From: an uncultured Planctomycetota bacterium
Lineage (GTDB): Bacteria > Planctomycetota > J058
NCBI GenBank assembly: GCA_964569055.1
Contig: CAZMSZ010000004.1
Location: forward strand, 1 to 52,970
Length of the DNA stretch: 52,970 nt
Reading direction: 5' to 3'
Under the pieces are notes generated by a model. It was not told the origin of the DNA. It searched no databases and was given only the letters and a program-made list of their open reading frames with translations. Shown one piece after another: positions 26,001 through 33,255 of this stretch. Every line of letters begins with the position of its first letter. Positions within the stretch are counted from its first letter, which is position 1. The position numbers and the translations under genes were made by a program.

Positions 26001-27031
26001 CGGAAGCCCCAGTCGCCCGTCTGGTCGGCGACCTTCAGCAGGACCTCGTTCCAGCCGGGCGCGAGCACCACGCCCACCGCGTCCTGCTCGGCGCGGTAGG
26101 GACGGCGCACGTCGGCGGTGTGGACCTGCTCGCGGTTGACCCACACCGCGACCGCCTCGTCCGAGCCGAGCCGGAGCGCGACCGGCGTCGGCTCCGCCAC
26201 GTGCAGGTAGGCGACCGCGTAGGCGAGCCCCTGGTCCTGCGGGCGCAGCAGCGCGTCGAGGTCGACCGCCCCGCCGGGCGGCAGGTCGACGGGGAGCGCG
26301 CGCCAGGAGACCGGGCGCGACTTGCCGGGGTAGGACGCCTGCGGGTCGAACGGCTCGACCTCCGGCGGGTAGGCCTCGGCGAAGCCGGTGCCGCGCTCGT
26401 TGTCGAAGGGGCCGATCAGGAACCACGAGCGCACCACCCCGAGCTCGGCGTCGAGGGCCGCCGCGGCCTCACGCTCGCCGAGCTGGCGCAGGACGTGGGC
26501 GAGCTGGGTGCGCGCGAGGTCGCGCGCCAGCGGGCTCAGCCCCGGGGCGTCGATCACCCGCTCGAGGAGCGCGGCCTGCTCGCGGGGCGCGAGCACGTGC
26601 TCGCCCACCAGCGCCAGCCGCACCAGGTAGACCTCGGCGCGGGCGCCGGCCTCGGCCGGCGTGAGCGCCCCCGCCCGGGCCGCGAGCAGCAGGTGCTCGA
26701 GCGCGCCCGCCAGCGCGCGGACGGCCCCGCGCAGGTCCCCCTCCCCCTCGAGCGCCAGCGCGGCCTCCTCGCGCCGGTCCGCCAGGGGGACCGCCACCGG
26801 CGCCCCGGGCGCGCGCACCGCCAGCACCTCGCCCAGGGGCAGCCGGACCCGCCAGCCGTCGCCGGCGGCGCCGGTGAGCTCCTCGGCCTCGACCGCCAGG
26901 TCCCACAGGGACAGCGCGGCGCCGCCGCGCCGCACGACCTGCGTCGGCTCACCGAGGTCTTGCGCCGGCGCGAGCGGCGCGAGCGCGAGCAGCGCGGCCA
27001 GCGCGAGCGGGGCGGAGCGGGAGGGCGTCAT
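23021..27031 (-). CDS. Secreted TPR / DUF3857-like / transglutaminase-like protein with catalytic Cys
   Basis: Track ORF trimmed to the ATG at 27031 (MTPSRSAPLALAALLALAPLAPAQD, signal peptide). Transglutaminase-core motif RRFGDCKDKATLIGTMLG, with the Cys codon at 23984-23986, followed by HFNHCISWVE and IFLDGTAEY. TPR-like repeats occupy the middle third. Confidence 0.85.
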   Translation of the reverse strand: MTPSRSAPLALAALLALAPLAPAQDLGEPTQVVRRGGAALSLWDLAVEAEELTGAAGDGWRVRLPLGEVLAVRAPGAPVAVPLADRREEAALALEGEGDLRGAVRALAGALEHLLLAARAGALTPAEAGARAEVYLVRLALVGEHVLAPREQAALLERVIDAPGLSPLARDLARTQLAHVLRQLGEREAAAALDAELGVVRSWFLIGPFDNERGTGFAEAYPPEVEPFDPQASYPGKSRPVSWRALPVDLPPGGAVDLDALLRPQDQGLAYAVAYLHVAEPTPVALRLGSDEAVAVWVNREQVHTADVRRPYRAEQDAVGVVLAPGWNEVLLKVADQTGDWGFRLRVSAPEGGPAAGVRFATAAEIAARPAFEQTPPASVEVERGALEVLAAQVKRTPDWRGYYHLGLLQHAREAHDRTQHPDEAALAAAVALAPDRPGLLLLLARARQRDVEFSVNKEENARRRTLEQAIAVAPHHAQARAALAHYYLRELQNVEKARRLLEPALATYPDDLGARLLELDLLRARGLAPLAVAATEALFDAWEARVQREEAACIPAPVLRAALGVARSRGDVRRQVELLDRLVELDRTDAGALHALAGLHEAAGRPELALTLLTRAGEVAPYSTGLRYARAQLLERMGRLEEAGAALDEALALAPDDAALTQARGELAERTGNEALADELFAQALRLDPQRVELKKYVEYRARHQERVASFQAAWVIDPEPLVAAAKSTPLDPRRTHRYLLLQEVARVNPDGTQSQFTQQVFRVENRQGARDLVSFTAPFSTEQRILFQRARVWRRGGGYEDAPVGAGRAPRGEFSGYRGYTVRFPPLEPGDVIEVRWRVDDLQQGFFGDYYGEVAEFQADQAIDRRRFVLIAPKTKQLFFHTPGLDPALHQRREEGEQVVHVFERTGIAPLEREPHMPWDKELVPQVQVSTFGDWDAFARWYWGLVADQHEADDAIRAKVHELCAGATSDEERIRRIYHFVITEVRYNAAWEFGIHGFKPYNATKIFARRFGDCKDKATLIGTMLGVVGIEAHPVLIFGEEARGREDLSLPLMGHFNHCISWVEHGEGGIFLDGTAEYHPYPALPAMDYGAKVVVITPQGGVLREIPYRGSEANSLRERHEVRLAPDGGASFTATIEGTGTYESILRDWMHTAGLRKERLEPRFGASFSGARVTAVETSDVNDLEAPVRVKAEVEVPRMVRQVGGGLELAEVRSWLFDLVYLRGGRLSGYAADVERTHDLVLPVPSGVEEEVIYQLPPELSLESVPEAVKLEGPQWRYERTYQREGSTLRVRRVLRVEAHRIAAEDYPAFRRFVEAVERAEKERVRLGRGKANQ

Positions 27032-27168
27032 ACGGTCACCTCGCGGCGTCGCCGGGGTCAGCCGGCGGGGCCGCGATTTGAGCACGAACGCGCCGAACCG
27101 GGGCGTGGTATGACGCGGTTGCGCGGCGTCACGGACTCGGTCAGCTTGGGCCCAGCGAGGATGCGACG

Positions 27169-28944
27169 GTGAGCTGGAACTTCTACGCGCTGCAGCGACT
27201 CTCCGACCTCCACTCGCATCCGGAGCCCGGGCGGACGCTCGGGACGGCGATCTTCCGGCTGGCCGAGGTCCCACCGCCCGGCACCTACACCCTGAACGTC
27301 TACGAGCGCGATCAGCAGCTGAGCGAGAGCGCGCCCGAGCGGCGCCGCGGGCGCCAGCCTCGGGGCAGCGAGGACGACCTGCTCGGCTCGATCGAGGCCA
27401 CCGTCGAGGGCCGCACCGTTCGGTTCGCCGAGGAGGTGACCGGCCGCACCGGGTCCGACGGCGACCTGCAGGTCACCGTCGTGATCATGCTCGCAGGCGA
27501 GACCGAGCCCCCGACGAACGAGCGGCGCTGGACCCTGGGCGTCCCGCCGACCGCCCGGGACGACGACGACCAGTGGCTCGAGATCGGGTTGCGGCCCGAG
27601 GGCCAGGACTGGGGCCATCAGGCGCCCGTCCGCCTGCGCGACGGAGATGGCGAGGACCCCGCCTGGTGGCCCGCAGGCAGCGAGACGGGCCCCGCCTGGG
27701 ACGGGCTGAGCGAACCCGAGGAGGGGCAGGTCTGGCACGGACGAAAGTTCGAGCGACGCCGCAGGCTACGGATCCGAGCGGGGGACAAGGGCGTGGTGTT
27801 CACCGTGGCCAAGCGCCGCGGCGCCGGCCCCGACGAGTGGGGCTTCAGGTACGGCGGGAGGAACGCCTATACCTCCCTCGTGGATGCGTGCGACGCGATC
27901 GCGGCCGAGTTCCGCGCCGAGGGGGATCACTACCGCGCGCTGGGCACGGAGTGCTGCCGGGCGCTCAAGGAGGGGGGGATCTCGTCGATCAACACCTACG
28001 ACAACCAGTTCGTCACGCTGGGCATGGGCTGGGGCGCGATGGCGAACACGGCCGTGTTCGAGCGGCTGCGCGGTCGCACCGCCGAGCTGATGCGCGAGGT
28101 GCTCGCCCCGCTCGCCTGCTTCGACGATCAGGCGCGCTGGAACACCGAGCAGTTCGCCCCCCGGACGTCGCCTCAGTGGGACGACGCGGCGCGCGAGCTG
28201 CGCCTCGCCACGCGGGTCTACGAGCGCTACGTCCAGCTCGCCGAGCACCGGTCCCACTGCTTCGAGCTGGCGCGCGCGAACATCGTCTCCTACGTGGAGA
28301 AGGACTGCGTGCACGCCTCGACCGCCGAGGACTTGGCCTGGGCGAACGCGCTCGCGAGCGCTCCCGATGGCCCGCCGGAGCGACGGGCGATCCTCACCAT
28401 GGTGAGCTACTGCCACCACGGTCGCCCCAACTGGCTGCGGCGGATCGCGCGCGAGCTGTACTACCTGTTCGACGAGGACGAGCTGGCGCGTCAGATCGAG
28501 CTGCTGGGCGTGGAGCCCGAGCTGTTCAGCGCGCCCGAGACGGCGGCGGTGGCCCGCGCGGCGCTCGCGCTCAAGCGCCACGCCGAGATCTCGTGGCGAC
28601 GCCGCCAGAGCTTCAGCTTCAAGCTCGTCGAGGCCTCGCTCGGCCGCAAGATGCAGTGCTTCGAGGAGGTCCTGGGCGAGGACACCGGCGCCCCGACGCC
28701 GTTCGCCACCGAGGTCGCGGCGAGGATCCTCCCGTCGTTCGTCGGGAGGCCTGGCCGGACCTGGGCGACCGAGAACATCTGGCGGATCGACACGAGCAAG
28801 CCCGCGGATGGCCGCGTGTACCTCGAGTGGCGCCGGCGGGGCCCGAGGGGGGGACGCGTCGGTCCGATGCTCTACGTGGACTTCGGTCCGCCGCTCCTGT
28901 CGTCCGACGACCCCTGCAACCCCGGCCCCCCGCCGGCCGAGTGA
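27169..28944 (+). CDS. Hypothetical 591-aa protein with a GH24 (phage lysozyme)-like motif
   Basis: GTG start with GAGGAT RBS and strong GC3 bias throughout. No signal peptide or TM. Residues ~267-289 read KEGGISSINTYDNQFVTLGMGWG. No other family recognised. Confidence 0.7.
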   Translation: MSWNFYALQRLSDLHSHPEPGRTLGTAIFRLAEVPPPGTYTLNVYERDQQLSESAPERRRGRQPRGSEDDLLGSIEATVEGRTVRFAEEVTGRTGSDGDLQVTVVIMLAGETEPPTNERRWTLGVPPTARDDDDQWLEIGLRPEGQDWGHQAPVRLRDGDGEDPAWWPAGSETGPAWDGLSEPEEGQVWHGRKFERRRRLRIRAGDKGVVFTVAKRRGAGPDEWGFRYGGRNAYTSLVDACDAIAAEFRAEGDHYRALGTECCRALKEGGISSINTYDNQFVTLGMGWGAMANTAVFERLRGRTAELMREVLAPLACFDDQARWNTEQFAPRTSPQWDDAARELRLATRVYERYVQLAEHRSHCFELARANIVSYVEKDCVHASTAEDLAWANALASAPDGPPERRAILTMVSYCHHGRPNWLRRIARELYYLFDEDELARQIELLGVEPELFSAPETAAVARAALALKRHAEISWRRRQSFSFKLVEASLGRKMQCFEEVLGEDTGAPTPFATEVAARILPSFVGRPGRTWATENIWRIDTSKPADGRVYLEWRRRGPRGGRVGPMLYVDFGPPLLSSDDPCNPGPPPAE

Positions 28945-28953
28945 GGGCGCGCG

Positions 28954-30036
28954 ATGCCCTGGAACCACTGCGACACCGCGGAGATCCCAGACGATGCGCC
29001 CTGCCCCGAGTGCGGCGCCGCGAAGGAGGCCTGGACGCTCGAGTTCCAGGTCACCCGCGAGTTCCGGCTCCGCCGCGCGCCGGCGCTGCGACTCGAGCTC
29101 CTCGACGCGCAGGAGCAGGGCGTCTCCGGCGAGCCCTACCGCGTCGAGCTGCCCGGCGGCGAGGTGGTGGAGGGAGAGCTCGACGAGGAGGGGCGCGCCA
29201 AGCACGAGCTGACGCAGCTCGGTGAGTGCACGATCACCTTCACCGCCCGCGCGCGCGGACGGGTCGTCCCGTACGTGCCGCCCGAGGAGCGCGACGAGGG
29301 CGAGGCTGCCTCGGCCGAGCCCGAGGAGCCCGAGCCCGAGGAGGCCGAGGGCGAGCCGCCGAGCTTCTCCCGCCCGGCCAAGGGGCGCCACGTGTTCCAG
29401 CTCCGCGCCGGGCTGGTGCTCCAGCTGACCCTGTTCGACGAGGAGGGGGAGCGCCCGCTGCCCTTCGCCTCGTACACGCTCGAGGCGGAGGACGGGACCC
29501 GGTTCGAGGGCCAGACGGACGGCCGCGGACGCCTCGACCACGGCGCCGTCGACGCGCCGCGCTTCACGCTCACGGTCACGGCGGAGCGCCCCCCGGCCGA
29601 TCCGGACGACGAGGACGACGAGGACGCCGCCCCCGAGGAGCTCGAGGCGACCCTGGTCGCTCCGGCGGTGCTCCCCGAGGACGCCTTCATGCGCGTGCAG
29701 GTCCCGGGCGTGCCGGCGGCCACCCAGGCGCCGCACGAGCTCGACGACGAGCCCACGTGCGACCGCGCCATCAAGGTGCGCGTGCAGACGGCGAGCGGCG
29801 AGCCGGTCCGCGACGTCGAGTACGTGCTGTACTCGGCCACCGTGGTGCGCCGCGGCCGGACCGACGCCGACGGCTACTTGATCGAGCAGGCGCTCCCCGA
29901 CCAGGGCGACCTGCACGTGAAGCTCGCCGACGGCCGCCTGCTCTACTTCGAGGGAGAGGACGACGACCCCGAGAGCGAGGAGTTCTTCGCCGACCCCGAC
30001 GAGGGCGACGACCATGCGCCCGAGGAGGCGCCCTAG
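28954..30036 (+). CDS. Hypothetical protein: N-terminal zinc-ribbon-like head, three beta-sandwich-like repeats, acidic linkers
   Basis: ATG 9 nt after the upstream stop. MPWNHC-x10-CPEC head. Three ~55-aa repeats (e.g. LQLTLFDEEGERPLPFASYTLEAEDGTRFEGQTDGRGRLDHG). The linkers and tail are extremely acidic. Confidence 0.7.
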   Translation: MPWNHCDTAEIPDDAPCPECGAAKEAWTLEFQVTREFRLRRAPALRLELLDAQEQGVSGEPYRVELPGGEVVEGELDEEGRAKHELTQLGECTITFTARARGRVVPYVPPEERDEGEAASAEPEEPEPEEAEGEPPSFSRPAKGRHVFQLRAGLVLQLTLFDEEGERPLPFASYTLEAEDGTRFEGQTDGRGRLDHGAVDAPRFTLTVTAERPPADPDDEDDEDAAPEELEATLVAPAVLPEDAFMRVQVPGVPAATQAPHELDDEPTCDRAIKVRVQTASGEPVRDVEYVLYSATVVRRGRTDADGYLIEQALPDQGDLHVKLADGRLLYFEGEDDDPESEEFFADPDEGDDHAPEEAP

Positions 30037-30038
30037 CC

Positions 30039-31202
30039 ATGGCGTACCGCTGCGCCGACTGCGCCGAGCTGATCGCGCCCGCGCAGGAGGTCCCGACCAC
30101 CTGCCCCACCTGCGGCGGCGACGTCGAGCGCGTCTCGACCGTGCCGGCCCAGGCCGCGAGCGAGGACGGCGCGGTCGCCCGCGTGAGCGACCCGCCGACC
30201 CGCCTCACCTCCTCGCAGGAGGAGAAGTTCCAGCACTTCCTCGAGCACACCGTCCGCGCCGGCTCGCGCTACGGCGGGTGCGGCGGGTTCGGCTCGGGCA
30301 CGTGGGGCTACGACGCCGAGCACCACACGTGGACCGTCCGCAAGCGAGTCCGGACGGAGGTCGACCTCGGCCCTCAGATCTACTTCGGCTGTGTGGGGCT
30401 CGTCGCCTCGTTCCTGACCTACTGGTACAACTACAACGAGGACGCGGGGCCGGTCTGGTCGCTCGCCGTCGGCCCGGGGATCTCGTACGCGCTCGCGGCC
30501 GAGCTCGGGCCCGGCACCGTCAACGAACGCGAGGGCGTGCTCGGGCTGCGCCCCGCGGTGGCGGATCCGGTCGAGCTCGACTGCCCAGGTCAGTTCACCA
30601 CCTGGCGCTCGTTCGTCAGCGCCACGCAGGTCGGCGGCGAGCAGGTCCCGCTGGTCGGCACCGCGGCCAGCTTCATCAACGACGGCCTGCTGCGCTACGT
30701 CTGCATGCGGGGGGGCAGGGCGCGGTTCGAGTGGGACCCCTCCTACTTCGCGAACTTCAACATCTGCGTGATCTCCAGCCACCACGTGATCCTGTGGGTC
30801 AAGCGCGCGCCCGACGGTGGGCCGCCGCGGGGGGACGGGACCGACCAGATGTGGCGCCTCGGCGCCGACATCAACGGCAAGGTCTTCGGACGAGGCCTGT
30901 CCACGATCGGCGGGCCGACGAGCTGGGAGCTCCGCCCCCTCGCCTTCCGGACCTGCCAGGTGGATCACCGCCACCGCGGGCCGGCCCGCGAGCGAGGCGC
31001 CCGCGGGCTCGCCACCCGGATCCGGGAGGATCTCCCCGGGTTCGAGGAGCTCCCGCGCGCGTATCAGCGCGAGCCGGTCGCGTGGGAGTCCGAGAGGCTC
31101 GGCTGCGCGGCGCCGGTGGCGATCTACAAGCTGCGCGACCTCGAGGGCACGGCGGCGCCGTTCCTCGACCGGCCGAGCCGCCCGATCCAGCTCCTGGAGT
31201 GA
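30039..31202 (+). CDS. Hypothetical protein: N-terminal CxxC-x13-CxxC zinc ribbon plus an unknown ~340-aa domain
   Basis: Track ORF 29226..31202 trimmed to the ATG at 30039, 2 nt after the upstream stop (MAYRCADCAELIAPAQEVPTTCPTCGG). The rest is Trp/Tyr/Gly-rich with no recognisable motifs. Confidence 0.7.
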   Translation: MAYRCADCAELIAPAQEVPTTCPTCGGDVERVSTVPAQAASEDGAVARVSDPPTRLTSSQEEKFQHFLEHTVRAGSRYGGCGGFGSGTWGYDAEHHTWTVRKRVRTEVDLGPQIYFGCVGLVASFLTYWYNYNEDAGPVWSLAVGPGISYALAAELGPGTVNEREGVLGLRPAVADPVELDCPGQFTTWRSFVSATQVGGEQVPLVGTAASFINDGLLRYVCMRGGRARFEWDPSYFANFNICVISSHHVILWVKRAPDGGPPRGDGTDQMWRLGADINGKVFGRGLSTIGGPTSWELRPLAFRTCQVDHRHRGPARERGARGLATRIREDLPGFEELPRAYQREPVAWESERLGCAAPVAIYKLRDLEGTAAPFLDRPSRPIQLLE

Positions 31203-31217
31203 TCGCGCCGGGGCTGC

Positions 31218-32465
31218 CTACTTCACGAGGTGCGCGTCGGCCCAGTCGGCGCGCCCGAGGACGTGGAGCGCGGTCGGGTCGAAGTCGGCCACCAGCGTCA
31301 GGGTGCGCTTGCCGGCCACGTCGACCACGACCTCGACCGGCTCGTCGCCCTTGCGGACGTGGATCCCGGTCGTGTGCTCCCGGGCCGGCTTGCCGTCGAG
31401 CAGGACCCGGAACACCACGCCCCCGAACCCCGGCTCGCCGAGGTAGCGGACCTGGTCGTCGAGGCCGACCACCGCGCGGAACTGCTGATACTCGCCCCCG
31501 AGCTCGTAGGTCAGCGCGCAGTAGGAGTGCACGCCCAGGCCCTTGGAGAAGTCGCGACCGCCCAGCCGCAGGCGGCCGCCGGTCACGTTGGCGTCGCGCT
31601 TGAAGTGCCACACCTTGGGCTCGTAGGTGTACTCGGGCGGGAAGCGCTGGTCGACCTCGACCGGCTGGAGGTCCGAGAGGTAGACGAAGCGCCCGTTCTG
31701 CACCGAGAGGCTCGCCACGCGCGGCAGCGAGAGCTCGAGCGGCTCGCCCCCGCCGAGCGCGTGGCGCAGCACGAGCTTGCCGTCGCCGAGCCGCTGGAGC
31801 TCGCCGCTCAGGCGGCTGCCGTCGAGGAGCCGGACCACCACCGCGAGGCCCTGAGGCTCGGGCGGCGGGTCGCCCAGCGGCACGATCGAGACCAGCTGCA
31901 CCTTCTCGAAGTCGAACTTGGGCACGCCGATCCCCGAGCCGCCCGGGCCGACCATCTCCCGCCGGGTGTCGAGCGCGACGTGGGTCCCGTCCAGCTCCAG
32001 GATCGTGCCCTTGGCCGTGCCGCCGTTGTCGAGCAGCACCCAGTCGAGCTCGCTGGTCTCGTCGAGCCGCGCCAGCAGCTCGCGCTCGCGCTCGGGCGCC
32101 AGACGGGGGAGCACGGCCCGGACCTGCTCGAGCGGCACGCGCAGCGCGCCCAGCGACTCGGAGCGCAGCGCCACCGCGTCCGCGTCGCCGCCCTCGACCG
32201 CCCCCACCAGCCAGTCGCCCCCGAGCAGCACCAGCTTGCTGGCCCCCGCGGCCGGGCCGAGCGGCGCCTCGGGCTGGAACCGGATCGCCTTGACCGAGTC
32301 GAGCGGGATCGTGCGCCCGGCGGTGCGGACGACGAGCTTGCCGCCCTCGGGCTCGATCGCCCGGATCGTCTCGGTCGTGGCGCCGCCGAGCGCCTCCACC
32401 TCGGCGGCGGCGGCCGGCCCGGCGGCGGCGATCAGGAGCGCGGTCAAAGAAGCGAAGCGGCGCAT
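31218..32465 (-). CDS. Secreted protein with C-terminal NPCBM/NEW2 carbohydrate-binding-like domain
   Basis: Trimmed to the ATG at 32465 (MRRFASLTALLIAAAGPAAAAE, signal peptide). The C-terminal ~170 aa (YLSDL...GGRLRLGGRDFSKGLGVHSYCALTYELGGEYQQFRAVVGLDD...VVFRVLLDGK...ADWADAHL) closely match the NPCBM consensus. Confidence 0.85.
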   Translation of the reverse strand: MRRFASLTALLIAAAGPAAAAEVEALGGATTETIRAIEPEGGKLVVRTAGRTIPLDSVKAIRFQPEAPLGPAAGASKLVLLGGDWLVGAVEGGDADAVALRSESLGALRVPLEQVRAVLPRLAPERERELLARLDETSELDWVLLDNGGTAKGTILELDGTHVALDTRREMVGPGGSGIGVPKFDFEKVQLVSIVPLGDPPPEPQGLAVVVRLLDGSRLSGELQRLGDGKLVLRHALGGGEPLELSLPRVASLSVQNGRFVYLSDLQPVEVDQRFPPEYTYEPKVWHFKRDANVTGGRLRLGGRDFSKGLGVHSYCALTYELGGEYQQFRAVVGLDDQVRYLGEPGFGGVVFRVLLDGKPAREHTTGIHVRKGDEPVEVVVDVAGKRTLTLVADFDPTALHVLGRADWADAHLVK

Positions 32466-32578
32466 GGGGCTCCTCTCCTGGAACGAAGGCGCGCGCATCC
32501 TAACCCGCGACCCGGAGACTGGGCGGGCGGGCTCTCGCGCCCTCCGTGCCCGTGAGCCGCCCGTGCCGGTCTCCATTC

Positions 32579-32784
32579 TGACGATTCCACACATCATCCG
32601 CCAAGCGGGTCGTGCCCGTGCCCGTGCCCGTGCCCGTGCGCCGTGCGCGTGGCCCAATCCCCCTCCGCCCCGGCGGAGGAGCGCTGCAAGCGAGAGCGCG
32701 CTCTGCGTCGCTTCTGCGAGAAGCGGCACGAGCACGGGTCACGGGTCACGGGTCACGAGCACGAGCACGGGCACGGGCACGGGC
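32579..32784 (+). repeat. Full copy of the hexamer-armed palindromic intergenic element (~206 bp)
   Basis: Structure read directly. Lead-in tgacgattccacacatcatccgccaagcg. Left arm (cgtgcc)4+. Core ggcggaggagcgctgcaagcgagagcgcgctctg at 32672-32705, containing the palindrome agagcgc(gc)tct. Right arm (cacggg/cacgag)n, complementary to the left arm. Confidence 0.85.
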
Positions 32785-32883
32785 GCGAGGCTCAATGCGA
32801 CAGCCTCTCGGAGCTGGTCATGCGGAGGGAAGCCACCCTCCCCGTCCCTGGCGCGACCCGGCCCGGCGAGGCACTCTGGGCTC

Positions 32884-33249
32884 ATGCTCCCGAGCGAGGA
32901 CACCGCGCTCCGCCGCTGGCGGGCCCTGCTGTCGCGGCTCAACGAGATCGAGGCGCGCTCGGTGCGCGACGTGGACGCGGTGCGCGCCTACGTGCAGGCG
33001 CGGGTCGGCCCCCACATCCGGCCGCTGCTGCTGCTCCGCCCCGCGGCCGTGAGCGCCAGCCCGCCGCTGCCCGAGCTCGGCCCTCCCTGCCCCGAGTGCA
33101 CGGGTCCGATGCGGCAGGAGCGCGAGGCGCTGGTGGCCTGCACCGCCTGCCTGGCGGTGACCCACGCCGCTTGCCTCGCGCCGGGCGTCCCCTGCCGCAC
33201 GCCGGCCTGCCTCGCGGAGCGGGCCGGGCGCCGGGCCACGGGCTCCTGA
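32884..33249 (+). CDS. Small protein with C-terminal C4HC3 zinc finger (prokaryotic RING-like)
   Basis: Track ORF 31918..33249 trimmed to the ATG at 32884 (MLPSEDTALRRW...). Residues 69-109, CPEC-x13-CTAC-x4-H-x2-C-x6-C-x4-C, have the same spacing as the 10609-11106 protein. Confidence 0.6.
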   Translation: MLPSEDTALRRWRALLSRLNEIEARSVRDVDAVRAYVQARVGPHIRPLLLLRPAAVSASPPLPELGPPCPECTGPMRQEREALVACTACLAVTHAACLAPGVPCRTPACLAERAGRRATGS

Positions 33250-33255
33250 GCGGGC

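Noticed and set aside
27766-30015. 749-aa minus-strand ORF antisense to the orphan operon
   Set aside because: The composition is Arg/Ala/Gly/Leu-rich and low in complexity. The plus-strand frames have the GC3 pattern, RBS-linked starts and tight stop/start spacing, so the plus-strand reading is preferred.
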